NCBI GenBank assembly: GCA_964106645.2
Contig: OZ067052.1
Source: Podarcis pityusensis
Taxonomy: Eukaryota
Length of the DNA: 64,000 nucleotides
Reading direction: 5' to 3' (one strand)
A program made the position numbers and the translations under genes. Positions within the stretch are counted from its first letter, which is position 1; each line of letters opens with the position of its first letter. Shown here piece after piece: positions 10,601-20,913 of this stretch. Under the pieces are notes generated by a model. The model was not told where the DNA came from, ran no database searches, and saw nothing but the letters and a program-made list of their open reading frames with translations.

Positions 10601-13600
10601 AGGACCAAAGCCTTATCGAAGACACTCCGAAACTTCCCACTCTTCAGCAAGGAAATGGCTTCGTTGTGCAGCCTCTCTTTGACCTACACGGAGCCCAAAG
10701 CCAAGAAAACATCAAGCTAATAAGCAGAGCTCTGCAGCAAACGGATCAGGCCAAAGGAGGCCCATCCGGTCCAGTATCCTGTTTTTACGGTGGCCAACCA
10801 GATGGCATAATGCAAGGAGAGCTAAATGCAACAGAAGCACTTTCCTGCTCTTGCCCACCAATTCTGGAGAGAGCATGCAACCATCAGGAATAATAGCATT
10901 GCCCTCCGTGAATGTGTCTAATCCTTTTTTGAAGCCATTCAAGTTGGTGATCATCACTAAATCATGTGGGAGTGGATTCCGTATTTTGTGTTCCATCTTC
11001 CCGTTTCTCTGCCCTGAATCTCCCACTATTCAGCTTTGCCGGATAACCCCAGGATCAAGAATTAAGAGATGGGCAAGGGACAGGGGTGGCTACGCTTCAT
11101 TTCAAGAGTCTGATCCAGACACACACCTCCAAGCAACTGTTCTGGCACTGCCCCAATAACCCTCCAACTTTGGCAGAAAATAATAATGAAACAGACATAC
11201 TGCTGTGTGGTGGGTGGGCCCTAATTGGGTGTTTGTGTGGGTGCAAACTGTCCTGTTCCTGGTCATCCAACTGGTCATTTGGTGTACAGAGAGGAAAAGA
11301 TAATCTCCACTTCGCAGTTTTCTGCATAGATCAGCTGTGTTTGTGTGTGCAGGCAACAGTATGTGATAGTATCTGGTGAGCACCCACCCCTGGAACGCAG
11401 TTCCTTGCCCCCTGTGAAGGTTGACCAAGGTTCAATGTGGCACTCAGGCCAAAAGATGGGTTAGCCACCTGTGTCACAGGCACCTTGAACCAGAGCCCCA
11501 TAAATTGAGGTTTTCTCTCTTGCCAGCCAGATTTTCACCAGACAGGTCACCCAAGACCTTGCTGCCAATGGCTTCCACCAGTCAACCTCCCCTGGGCACA
11601 ACTAGAAATTTGACCCCAAGCGGATGGAGGACTGACCTGTGGATCCTGCTCATGCGCCCAGTTCTGGAGGCGGAGCTCCAGCAGTGTGTCGTACACGCCC
11701 TGTGGAGAGTCTGGCTGCACTTCTGACATGTGCTCTAGGAAGGCCTTCAGCTCCCGGGAGTTGTTGGCAAAAATGGGAATGAACTCATCAGGATTTGCCT
11801 ATATTACAAAGAGAGAAGAGAATGGGGAAAGGCAGGCAGTAGCCAGTCTAGATGGAACATTCTGTGTCTCAGTTCTCCTGGCAGAGCCTTCTGCAGCCCC
11901 AAATGTCCCAGAGCAACCCCCACAAAACATGTGGGGAACCTTTGGCTCTCCAGACGTCGCTGAACTACAACTCCCACCAGCCCCAGCAAGCAAATGGCCA
12001 GAGATGATGGGAGCTGTAGTTCAGCAACACCTGGAGGGTCAGTGACTCCCCACACCTGCCCTACAAGGAGCCTAGCAAAGACTGGCTGGTGCTCAGGACA
12101 CAGCAAGTATCAGCAAGTGCTATTGCAATAAACCCGGTATGAGGTATGTGTGTGTGTTTGTATGGGGAAGAATGGCTTATCTGAACAGCAACCAGACAAG
12201 CAAAAACTCTGCAAGCCACACTGGTCTGAGCCCTTTGCTGCCTCCCAGAGGTTGTTCAACATTCCTGCCTTCCAACCAGTTCAGTCGGTAGAGCATGAGG
12301 CTCTTAATCTCAGGGTTGCGGGTTTGAACCCCACTTTGGGCAACACGGGTTGGACAAGATGACCCTAATGGTCCCTTCCAACTCTACAGTTCTATGACTC
12401 TGTTTGTCCCCCACAATACCCTGCAGGCTATCACCACTGAGCCTGCTTGCCCAGACTGTATTTTACACTTAGCATTTTGTTCACTTAATGCCTATTACTC
12501 CTCATCCCCCTGCTCTCCTTGGTGAGCACCACCCTCAGCTGCACAAGCAACGGGCAGCAACACACATACACACACACCACCCCGAATCCAGCCGATACCT
12601 TCCTCCCTTCCAGTGCTCCAGGACCCTCACGATCCCCCACCGGCTGGTAGTTCGTGCACAGGACCTTCAGGAGCTCAGTGGTCTCATTCGGGACGTGATG
12701 CATGAGGATCTTGCCGTACCGCTTCATGTTGCTCTCGGCCTGCTCAAAGGGCAGCTTCCCAATGTAACGCAGGGCTTCCTGGTAGTTCTGCACAAGAGAA
12801 GGTCAGGTGATAGAAGAGAGAGGTTGCTTTGGAGCCAACGCGTTGGCCTTCTGCCTGCACGCAGAAGAGCTTTCCCAAACTGGGTGCCCTCTGCATGTTT
12901 TGCAGGACAACTCTCCTCAGTCCTAGCCAGCACAACAGCTGTGTTATGATGGGGGCTGATGGGAACTGTAGTCCAAAACACACACGGGTGGGGAGGGACC
13001 CACTTGAGGAAAACTGCTGCAGAACCATCACACATGGAAAGTTTGTGAAACAAGTGTGCCAGCTCTGCCCCTCTCACCACTGTTCCTGTGGGTCCTCCGC
13101 ATGCCACATGCTGGATGCTGCATGCTGGGTCCTCCGCATGCTGGATGCTGACCTTGCAAAGCAGGGAGCCTCCTGCACTCAAGGAAACTCTCCAATGCAT
13201 TTTAGAACCCTGACTTCTGCGTTTGAAAGTGCACAGGGATCCTCAACAAGTACAAGAAGCTCAGAGCTTCAGACAGTTGGCCTCCAACTTGGGGGAGGGC
13301 AACGGGAATGAAAATGAGGGGGGCAGAGCTAGCACTCCCATCCCCATGCCCCCCTCCCCCAGTAATTATTCTACATGCTGATAGGACACCTGAAGAGGGC
13401 TTCTGACACAAGCATGGATAATACTCCCAGGGCAAGACAGGCTGAGCAAACTTCAGAAGCAGACCCCAGTTCCCCTGTATCTTGGGGTTAGAACTAAGTA
13501 TTTAAAGAACTACCTATAGTGAGATGAAAACGCGAGCAGGACTTGAAATATGAGCAACAGTGTTCATTATTAAGATAAATAGGTTAAAATGGATGTACAG

Positions 13601-16600
13601 TCATACCTTGGTTGCCAAACGCCTTGGAACTCGTACGTTTCGGCTCCCAAACGATCAAAAACCAGAAGTGAGTGTTCCGGTTTCCGAACAATTTTCAGAA
13701 GCCGAACATCCGGTGCGGCTTCCAACTGGCTGCAGGAACTACCTGTAGCCAATCAGAAGCCACACTTTGGTTTCTGAACGTTTTGGAAGTCGAACGGACT
13801 TCAGGAATAGATTCCATTCGACTTCCAAGGTATGACTGTATTGGATAGTATATGTGAAATTTGCAGCATTCAAGGGTAAATGTGGATACCATGGAAGGGG
13901 AGGATGAGAAGTCAATGGATAATATAATTTACGGTCTGTGTTAAAGGTTTTTGTCTGTCTGTTTTTTGTGAAAAATCAATAAATAATAATAATAAGGAAA
14001 AAGAAGTAAGCAGCGGACAGTCCTGCCTTTTTTTCTCCACGGCAACAAGTCACACAGATCCTCTTGCAAAAGGGAGCACAGGAGCAGCTGCCCCACTTAA
14101 TGTAAAAATCATAGCAAGTCCTTTTAAACTCGCTGCTGCAGCCTTGAGACCCCAAAACATTTTAACAACTAAGGAAGTGTTTGTAACAGGCCAAGTGAAA
14201 GACCCACGGGAGCAAGCAAGTTACCCACCCTTACGCTAATCTAACGCCTCTTTGTCTGCCATGTGGGAAAACAGATGTACACGGTCCCAAACTGTGGACA
14301 CTACTATCCCCATTGCAAAAAAGGGAGAACGTAGAGAAACACAGTCGTCACACCCCCCCCCCCCTCCCGAGCCAAAGCACCTCTCAGGTTTCTACAGCAT
14401 CCAGATGCATTGCAAGAAGTCAGCTTTAAAAGCTGGAAGTGAAGCTCAGCATCAGGCAGGCAGTTTGGTCTCACCTTGATATCCTCCAGCTGGATCTTGA
14501 GGTACCACTCGTGGTGCGCATGCTTCTCAGCTAGGTACACGGCGTGGGAGTAGCAGCCTGCCTGACGCAGAACCTTGATGGCTGTCTCCACATCAAAGTG
14601 CACCTCGCTCTCACTGGTCTGTGTGGGGGAGGACAAAGCAAAGAAGACATTCAGAAGGGGCACGTCTACTGAGAAAGAGGAATGCCTCTGTATGTCTCCC
14701 ATGAAACTGTAACATATTATGCCTGGAGCCAGAAGCAAAAGACAAAGAGAAGGCCTCTGCATCTTCCCTCCTATGAGGTTAAAAAGAAATAAGCTGCTCT
14801 TCCTGCAAAGGGAATACTTCTGATCCTTCTCAACTCCAGGACTGGAGGAAAGCGCCCACCCAACCTCAAGCAGCCACATGAAGGGTCCTTCAATTACCCG
14901 GAAGGCTCTCTCAATCTCTGCACTGGGAATGTGGAGCAGGCAGGCACCAAAAGTTGGAGGATGGCTGCTCAAGCACACAAGCCCATTGAGGCATAATGCG
15001 GAAGGAGGAGCCAGCGCGCCAGGGCATCCACACCCTTCCCTGTTGTACCTTAATGAACTCCTCAAGCTTGGATATGTCTTTCAGCTTGGTGTAGCAATTC
15101 AGCAGCAGTGTCGTGTGGTCTGCGTTGGCCAATGACTGCAGGTGGAGCGTCTGTAAGTACGCAGTCAGGTTGTGTATCCTCTGAGCATCCAAGAACTTGC
15201 GGATGACATAGGATGGCTCTAGTTTCCCAATGGTACTAGGGAGAAAGAGGACCCTATGAGGACCCTATTCCAGGTAGGCAAAAGCCAAGAGAGAAGATGA
15301 GAAAGTGTGCGCGTAACCCCAACCTCGGATCTGGTTCTACAGAGGATCAGAAGGTGCAGCCACAATTTCCAACACAAGTAGGACACAGGGAGAGGTGGCA
15401 GCTTGGAGTGTCGAATTAATTGGGGAGAGTGGAAATCAAGTGGGTGGAAATCAAAACTTGCAATTCTCACAATTTGTAGCTGGAAACTTATCTTGGTCTG
15501 CCCCTCACATTGCCAAAGGTAGTGCAATCTGCTGATAAGCACCTCGCAATCTGAAAAGCCAGGAGCAACCACAGATAGATAGGCATCCCCTGTATACTAT
15601 CTCAGTAAATAAATCCCAGTCCACTGGGATCCAGAGAGCCAAACTCCATTTGGACGCGTCAGAGGTCACTAGGGCTCTGTGTGTTTGCAAACCACATTTG
15701 GGTGGATTTAGTTCCCATCTCATGATGGTTTCCCTGGTGAGGCAATTCAGAAAAGAAGCCAGCAAGAAGGTGGCAGGTCGGCCAGATTAAAAATCCAGAT
15801 TTGTGGCACCCAGATAGCAAGGCCTCTGGTCTTTCTTCTCACTCCAACATGGCTGTAATGAAGAGGGAGGGCCAAAACTCCCCTGTGCCGCCTACCGAAT
15901 ATATTGCTGAATGGCGCCATCGTGGTTTCCCTTGTTATACAGATGGTCTCCATACTGGCGAAAGATCTCAGACAAGCCGTCACTATCCAGGTGGTGGCTC
16001 CTGGCCAGGTGAATGGCCATTTCAAAGAGGTTCTTCCTGAAGAGCATCTGTTGGAAGAGAAGTGCTTGCTTGCTTACAAACGTTGATGGGATCAACAGGG
16101 TTTTAAGGGTTATCTTGACTATTCATAACTATTGTTCCATGGGGAGCTGCTGAATTACTGGGGTCCTCAAGTATGGAATGCATACTGATGTATTGTTTTG
16201 TGAATGCATAACGACATGCATTTGCAACTTTCGTAATTCTAAGAGAAGAAACAAGGGGCTCTAGGCCACAGCTGCTCCTTCCCTCTGTGCCACATGGCAC
16301 AGATGCTAGTTCAGAGTCACTTCCAGCCCCTTACTCAGGCTCCCTACGGAGAAACAGCAGACCACACCAACCTCCCATAAACTGGAGCCCTCCAAATGGT
16401 TGGGGCTACAGCTCCCCATCAGCCCCAGGCAGCACAGGTGTATGATGCTGGGACTAATGGCATTTGCAGTCCAAACGGTCTGGTGTAGGGCAACGTCTGG
16501 GCTTTGAGCTGCAGGCAGCTGTGAATAAGCTTTGCACCTCAGAACCCCACTAACCACAGAGGAGGAAGAAGCGACCAAGGTCCCTTGCCTCAAGCTTGGT

Positions 16601-19600
16601 TTGCGTGTCCTTCTCCTGCAGTGCATGGAGCTTCCCATCTCTGGTCAGCACATAGAGGCACCCCCACTCCGCCAGGACATCCACCACGTCGTCAAAGACA
16701 GAGCTGTATGCGATGAACTTGTTGCCCAAGTCATAAATATTCAGGATCTGCTTGTCAGAGTTTTGTGGATCACTCCCAGCAAATTCCGATCTAGAGTACA
16801 GAGGAGCAAAGAGTGAGGGACAGCCTCAGAGATAGTCTTTTAACTTTCACTCACAGGTCAGGAGTTCCCTTTTGTGCACTGGATGAAAGAATGGTCCACA
16901 CTCACAGCCTCAGAGAGTCTCAAACTGCTTACTTAACATTTCCAGACAAACGTTAAAGTCAGCTGGCAGAGCCCTCTGTGAGTACCTGATGAATCTAAAA
17001 AACTAATGACCAAGCTTTTGCATTCCAATGCATAAACTGCACCTGCCTCCTATTTCTCCCCCACGATATGTACGTCAACCTAACTATTTCTGAGCCTTGG
17101 ATAGCACAACATATTGCCTTGCTGCAAAGTAGGGTTTCCCTACCCAACCCCAACCCCCGCATTCAGCCATTTGGACCTTTCATGACAGTCATCACATTCT
17201 CAAGATTACTTGTACATATCCCACTCAGCATAGTCAGAAAATCCAAGATCTGATAGGAAGCTGGAAAGGAAAGCTGGATTTAACACTGCCTTCAAATAGG
17301 GATTGGAAGGCCAAAAAGAAATCCCATGCAACACACAATAGCTTTCTACTGCTCTCTCCTACAGAAGAGTACCTAACCAGAAGCAATAAATAATTTCACA
17401 GCAACCACCTTTATCCAGATCCCACACCCTGAGTTTTTAAGAGGTCAAAGGAAAACAATTCAAGTTATTCTGTCTTGCAGTTCTGTCTTACTTTGGAGAA
17501 GGCTTCCGTTCCTTGGAAACAATGACAAGGTAGCCCCGATACCAGTGGGCTATCAGCTTCTGGCCTTCAAAGGCAAAGCAGGGCCCACGCTCATCTGGCT
17601 GGTACAGATATACGCATTCATCTCCTGCCACAATGAATTGGAGGTCCTGGGAGGGATCGCTGAGTGTGCAGCAGCGCAGCCCACAGCCACGTGTGTCCAA
17701 TTCTAGCTTCGGATAGTCCTTCACTGAAAGCGTGTAACACTGCAAAGTCCACAAGGAGGAGGACACAATGAAGCTTGGAAAGCCACAAGAACAGCTCAGA
17801 AACTGGGATGGAGCAGGGCATAACACACACACCCCGCCTGGTGGTCAACCAAACATCTTACCTGGATGTTCTCTGTGGTGGCAACAAACAGATGTGTTGT
17901 TTTGCCAGACTGACGGAAGGCAAGGCCTGTAATTGGGTAACTGCCTTCATGAAGGATCTGACTTTTGCTGTGCCGATCTCTCGTGATGTCCCCTTTAGTG
18001 AGCACAACACTCCCATCTGTAAAGCCTACAGCAGAAATGGGAAAGGGTGAATGCTGCATTCCAAGAGAATGGGGAAAAGCAGGCATTCTCTGCCATCGGA
18101 AGACATCAGGTAAGTCCACCAAATGGAAAGCTGAATTAGATTAATATGAAACGACGAAGGAGTACTCTCCCCAAAACAAAGTAGATCAATTTCTGCAAGA
18201 TCAATTTCTCCTTTATGATTTTATGTCTGTAACTCACAGCAGCAATTTCATTTCCACTTACCAATGGCCATGAAGTTGAGATTCTCATGGACTGTGAGGC
18301 AGGACACAACTGTAGGCTTGTTGCCTGGTATTGCAGGGAAAATCCTGGTGCACAGAGGATTCCCACCGTCACGCTTCTCTAGATTCCAGACTTTGACCTA
18401 CAAGTTATTATAGGGGGCTTGTTGAGGAAAACCACCACAAATTGGACCGATTCCCTTTTTATCTAAAAGTGCTACTGTGCATATAAGATGCACATTTCCC
18501 CCTTTCTCCAGTCAAACTCTGGGACCAGGAGTGCAGACATAGTTGCTGTGGAAAGAAAGGATCCACATTTACTCTTCTAGCAGAAAGTCACTGCAGGGCA
18601 AATAGGCAGAAGGAGCAAGACACCCTTCTTTTGATCAGGCTTAAGCCAAATACAGTGGTACCTCTGGCTGCGAACGGAATCCGTTCCGGAGGCCCGTTCG
18701 CAACATGAAAAGAGCGTAACCCGCAGCAGTGCATCTGCTCATGGCAGGTTGCAATTTGCCGCTTCTGTGCATGACGTCATTTTGCGCTTTTGTGCATGGG
18801 CGAGTGGCGAAACCCGGAAGTAACCCTTTCCGGTACTTCCGGGTCGCCGCAGGAAATAACATGAAGCAGACGTAACATGAGGTATGACTGTATGCACAAG
18901 TCAGAAAAATACAAAAAAGCCAAAATTCCTGAACACCTGAGTTAAAGGCTTAGATGACAAACAAATATTTAAAATTTCTAGATTCCAGCAGCAATGTTTT
19001 GAAGAACTGGTGGCCCACACTTATCTCAGCCTTGTCATCACAGAAGACGCCTCCTTCCCTACAACTAATCTCGCAAAAGCTTTCCATCAAACAGAAAACC
19101 AAGTCTGGCTTCCCTCAAACCAACTTACCAAAGGGTTAATGCCTTCTTCATCCTCCCCAACTGAAGCCAAGATGCTGTGCTGCTTCAACTGGTAGAGATG
19201 TGTCACTCTCAGCTTATAAGCTTGGAAGCTGCTGAGCTCAAGGTTGCGCAGCAGGAACCATATCTGCCCTTCCATATGTAGGTCTGAGTTAAGGAGTCCT
19301 CCCCATAAGAGAGCAGAAGGCCCAAAAGGCTCAGTGGTTCGCTTCTAAAATCTTTTATCGCATTACGTTTATATCCCATCTTTCTTCCATGATGGAACTC
19401 AAATTGTTTCCGTAGCTGCCTCCCACCCAGACACTGAACAAGACCTGCATATCTGAGCTGGGTCAAAGGTTGGTGGTGAAGCACCTGCTTTGCATATAAA
19501 GGATTCTAGATTCAATCCCTAGAACCTCCAAGTAGGTAAAGGCTTCTACTTTCTGTCTGTTGGTCATCGTAGACTCAAGAGTGCCTACCTAACCTGTGGT

Positions 19601-20070
19601 TGCCCAGATGTTGCTGGACTTTTAACTGCCGTCAGTTTGGGCAATGGCCATGGTCAGCAGCAAGGGTGACAACTCAGTCACCACGATGTAGGGCCAATGC
19701 TTTCATCAGGCATCGCCTTATGTTCTTAACATGAATAAACCCACGGGGCGGAGAGGAGGAATGCCTTCAGACTTTGGCAGAAGGCGAGCCATGGCTCCAG
19801 CTTACCCAAAACTCATGTCCGCTGACCGAGACAAAAGCCCTGCCCAGGCAAACTGGTTGAGGGAAAAAGAGCACTCCACACACGCTCAGAGGCACCCTGC
19901 CCGCCCCCCGCGACACCACTAACAGCAAGGATATCCCCGAAAACGAGACTGCCCCGGCCCGAGTCGCAGACCGTGATGCCTGGCGGCAACAGCACGGGCT
20001 TCCCATCAGGCTCCGTCAGGACATCGCGGTCGAAGAAGGCGAAGCGGCGCCACTGCAGGTAGGCCGCCAT
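7651..20070 (-). CDS. VPS11: Vacuolar protein sorting-associated protein 11 (HOPS/CORVET core subunit, C-terminal RING-H2), 923 aa
   Basis: Exons (minus): 19935-20070, 19129-19277, 18262-18397, 17862-18025, 17492-17739, 16589-16790, 15896-16047, 15049-15235, 14475-14618, 12599-12787, 11637-11798, 10544-10683, 10093-10295, 8859-9030, 8234-8456, 7651-7815; total 2772 nt. N-terminus MAAYLQWRRFAFFD; RING CSICTSALELPSVHFLCGHSFHQHC...CPTC. Intron 1 is AT-AC and intron 6 is GC-AG. Confidence 0.97.
9309..9805 (+). mobile_element. Solo-LTR-like insertion flanked by a 79-bp direct repeat
   Basis: Starts TGTGACG; TATA-like CTATAAAA at about 9396; AATAAA at about 9673. Flanked by direct repeats 9230-9308 and 9806-9884. 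Confidence 0.55.
10730..11000 (-). mobile_element. CR1-type LINE 3' fragment
   Basis: The minus strand reads NPLPHDLVMITNLNGFKKGLDTF (resembling a CR1 ORF2 C-terminus), followed by the ggaccggatgggcc...cctgatcc tail. Confidence 0.6.
11930..12058. mobile_element. hAT-type palindromic MITE (ctacaactccca...tgggagctgtag family)
   Basis: Internal inverted repeat aactacaactcccac / gatgggagctgtagtt. Related copies at about 12860-12990, 16375-16470, 21168-21303, 50310-50400, 53890-53975 and 58960-59030. Confidence 0.6.
12278..12400 (+). mobile_element. tRNA-Lys(CTT)-derived SINE with CR1 tail (POM-SINE-like, lacertid)
   Basis: tcagtcggtagagcatgaggctcttaatctcagggttgcgggtttgaacccc is a degenerate tRNA-Lys. 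It is fused to ggttggac..gatgaccc..ggtcccttccaactctacagttctatga, a CR1 3' end. Confidence 0.7.
13598..13838. mobile_element. Tc1/mariner (Tigger/pogo-like) MITE
   Basis: TIRs CAGTCATACCTTGG / CCAAGGTATGACTG with a TA target duplication. It sits within an L1-3'UTR-like AT-rich tract (about 13500-13997). Confidence 0.8.
18653..18890. mobile_element. Tc1/mariner MITE
   Basis: Termini CAGTGGTACCTC and GAGGTATGACTG, flanked by TA. Confidence 0.75.
19278..19934 (-). other. U12-type (minor spliceosome) AT-AC intron 1 of VPS11
   Basis: 5' splice site ATATCCTTGC at 19934, branch point TCCTTAAC at 19295-19288, terminal AC at 19279-19278. Splicing restores the conserved FG|DMEGQIW. Confidence 0.93.
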
Positions 20071-20913
20071 CTTGACAGGTAGGCCCAACTCCGGAGGAGA
20101 GTCATGTGACCATGCCGCTTCCGCGTTGCCGCTGCTCTTAGCGCTGGGGCTGCTGGGATTTGTAGTTCGCCGGGTCTCTAAACCCCCCCCGCCCTAGTGC
20201 GCAAGCGCAGAGAAGACCCGCAGCCCTTGCGCCGCTGCCCCCTTGTTTCCACGCGGCGGTATTGCAGGCATCCCCGCTGAGCCCGCAGGCCGAGGGCGGG
20301 TGACTGTGACTGTCTGGCGGGCCGGCACAGATCAGAGAGGTGCTGGGGGTGGCCAAAGGAGAGCGCGCAGTCTGCACGTGCTCAGGAGCTCTCCGGTCAG
20401 GCCCGTCGCTGCCACCGCCACGCTAGGAAGCCCCGCCCCTCGGCCAATGATTGCGGCCGCTGCGCCGGGCGCCGGAGACGTGGCCCAATGGGGAGCGCTC
20501 GAGGGGAGCCGCCGGGCCAATGAGCTCGCGCCGCGTCCGGCTCCGGGGAGGGAAGGAGGGCGGAGCGCAGCTTTCGCAAGCCAGGGAGTCCGGGAGACCG
20601 GCCGGCCGAGGGGAGAGAGAGAGAGAGAGGGGCAGCCGGAGCGGGAGGGAGAGAGTCCGCGGAGTCCGAGCCGAGAGCGAGCGGGCAGGGAGCCCCCGGA
20701 GCGAGCGGTTGGCGTGCCGGGCCGAAGACAGCGGCGTCCCCCTTAGAGGCGCCCGGGGGTCGGCCTCTTCCGCGTGGGGGTGGGGGAACCTCTGGGTCTC
20801 CAGGTGAACCTTGGCGCCGGGCCTCGCCGCCGTTCCGGGTCTGTCGGAGGAAAGTGCCCTCCCTGCCTCGTCTTTGTTTCCACATCGGGGTTGGGCGGCC
20901 CTCGATCGTCAGG
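20071..20913. promoter_or_regulatory. VPS11/HYOU1 bidirectional CpG-island promoter
   Basis: Head-to-head ATGs at 20070 (minus) and 20914 (plus). CLEAR/M-box GTCATGTGAC 20101-20110; ZNF143 motif ACTACAAATCCCAGCAGCCC (minus, about 20147-20166); CACGTG 20375-20380; CCAAT 20444; ERSE-II CGTGGCCCAAT 20479-20489; ERSE-like CCAAT-N9-CCGCG 20517-20535. Confidence 0.85.

Noticed and set aside
12278-12345. tRNA-Lys(CTT) gene
   Set aside because: The acceptor stem and B box are degenerate and the sequence is fused to a CR1 tail, so it is a SINE.
12590-12598. VPS11 intron 10 donor GTATCG as a second U12 intron
   Set aside because: It lacks the CCTT of RTATCCTT, and I saw no TCCTTAAC branch at its 3' end.
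14304-15065. 253-aa ORF as a separate gene
   Set aside because: It is VPS11 exon 9 with open flanking intron sequence.
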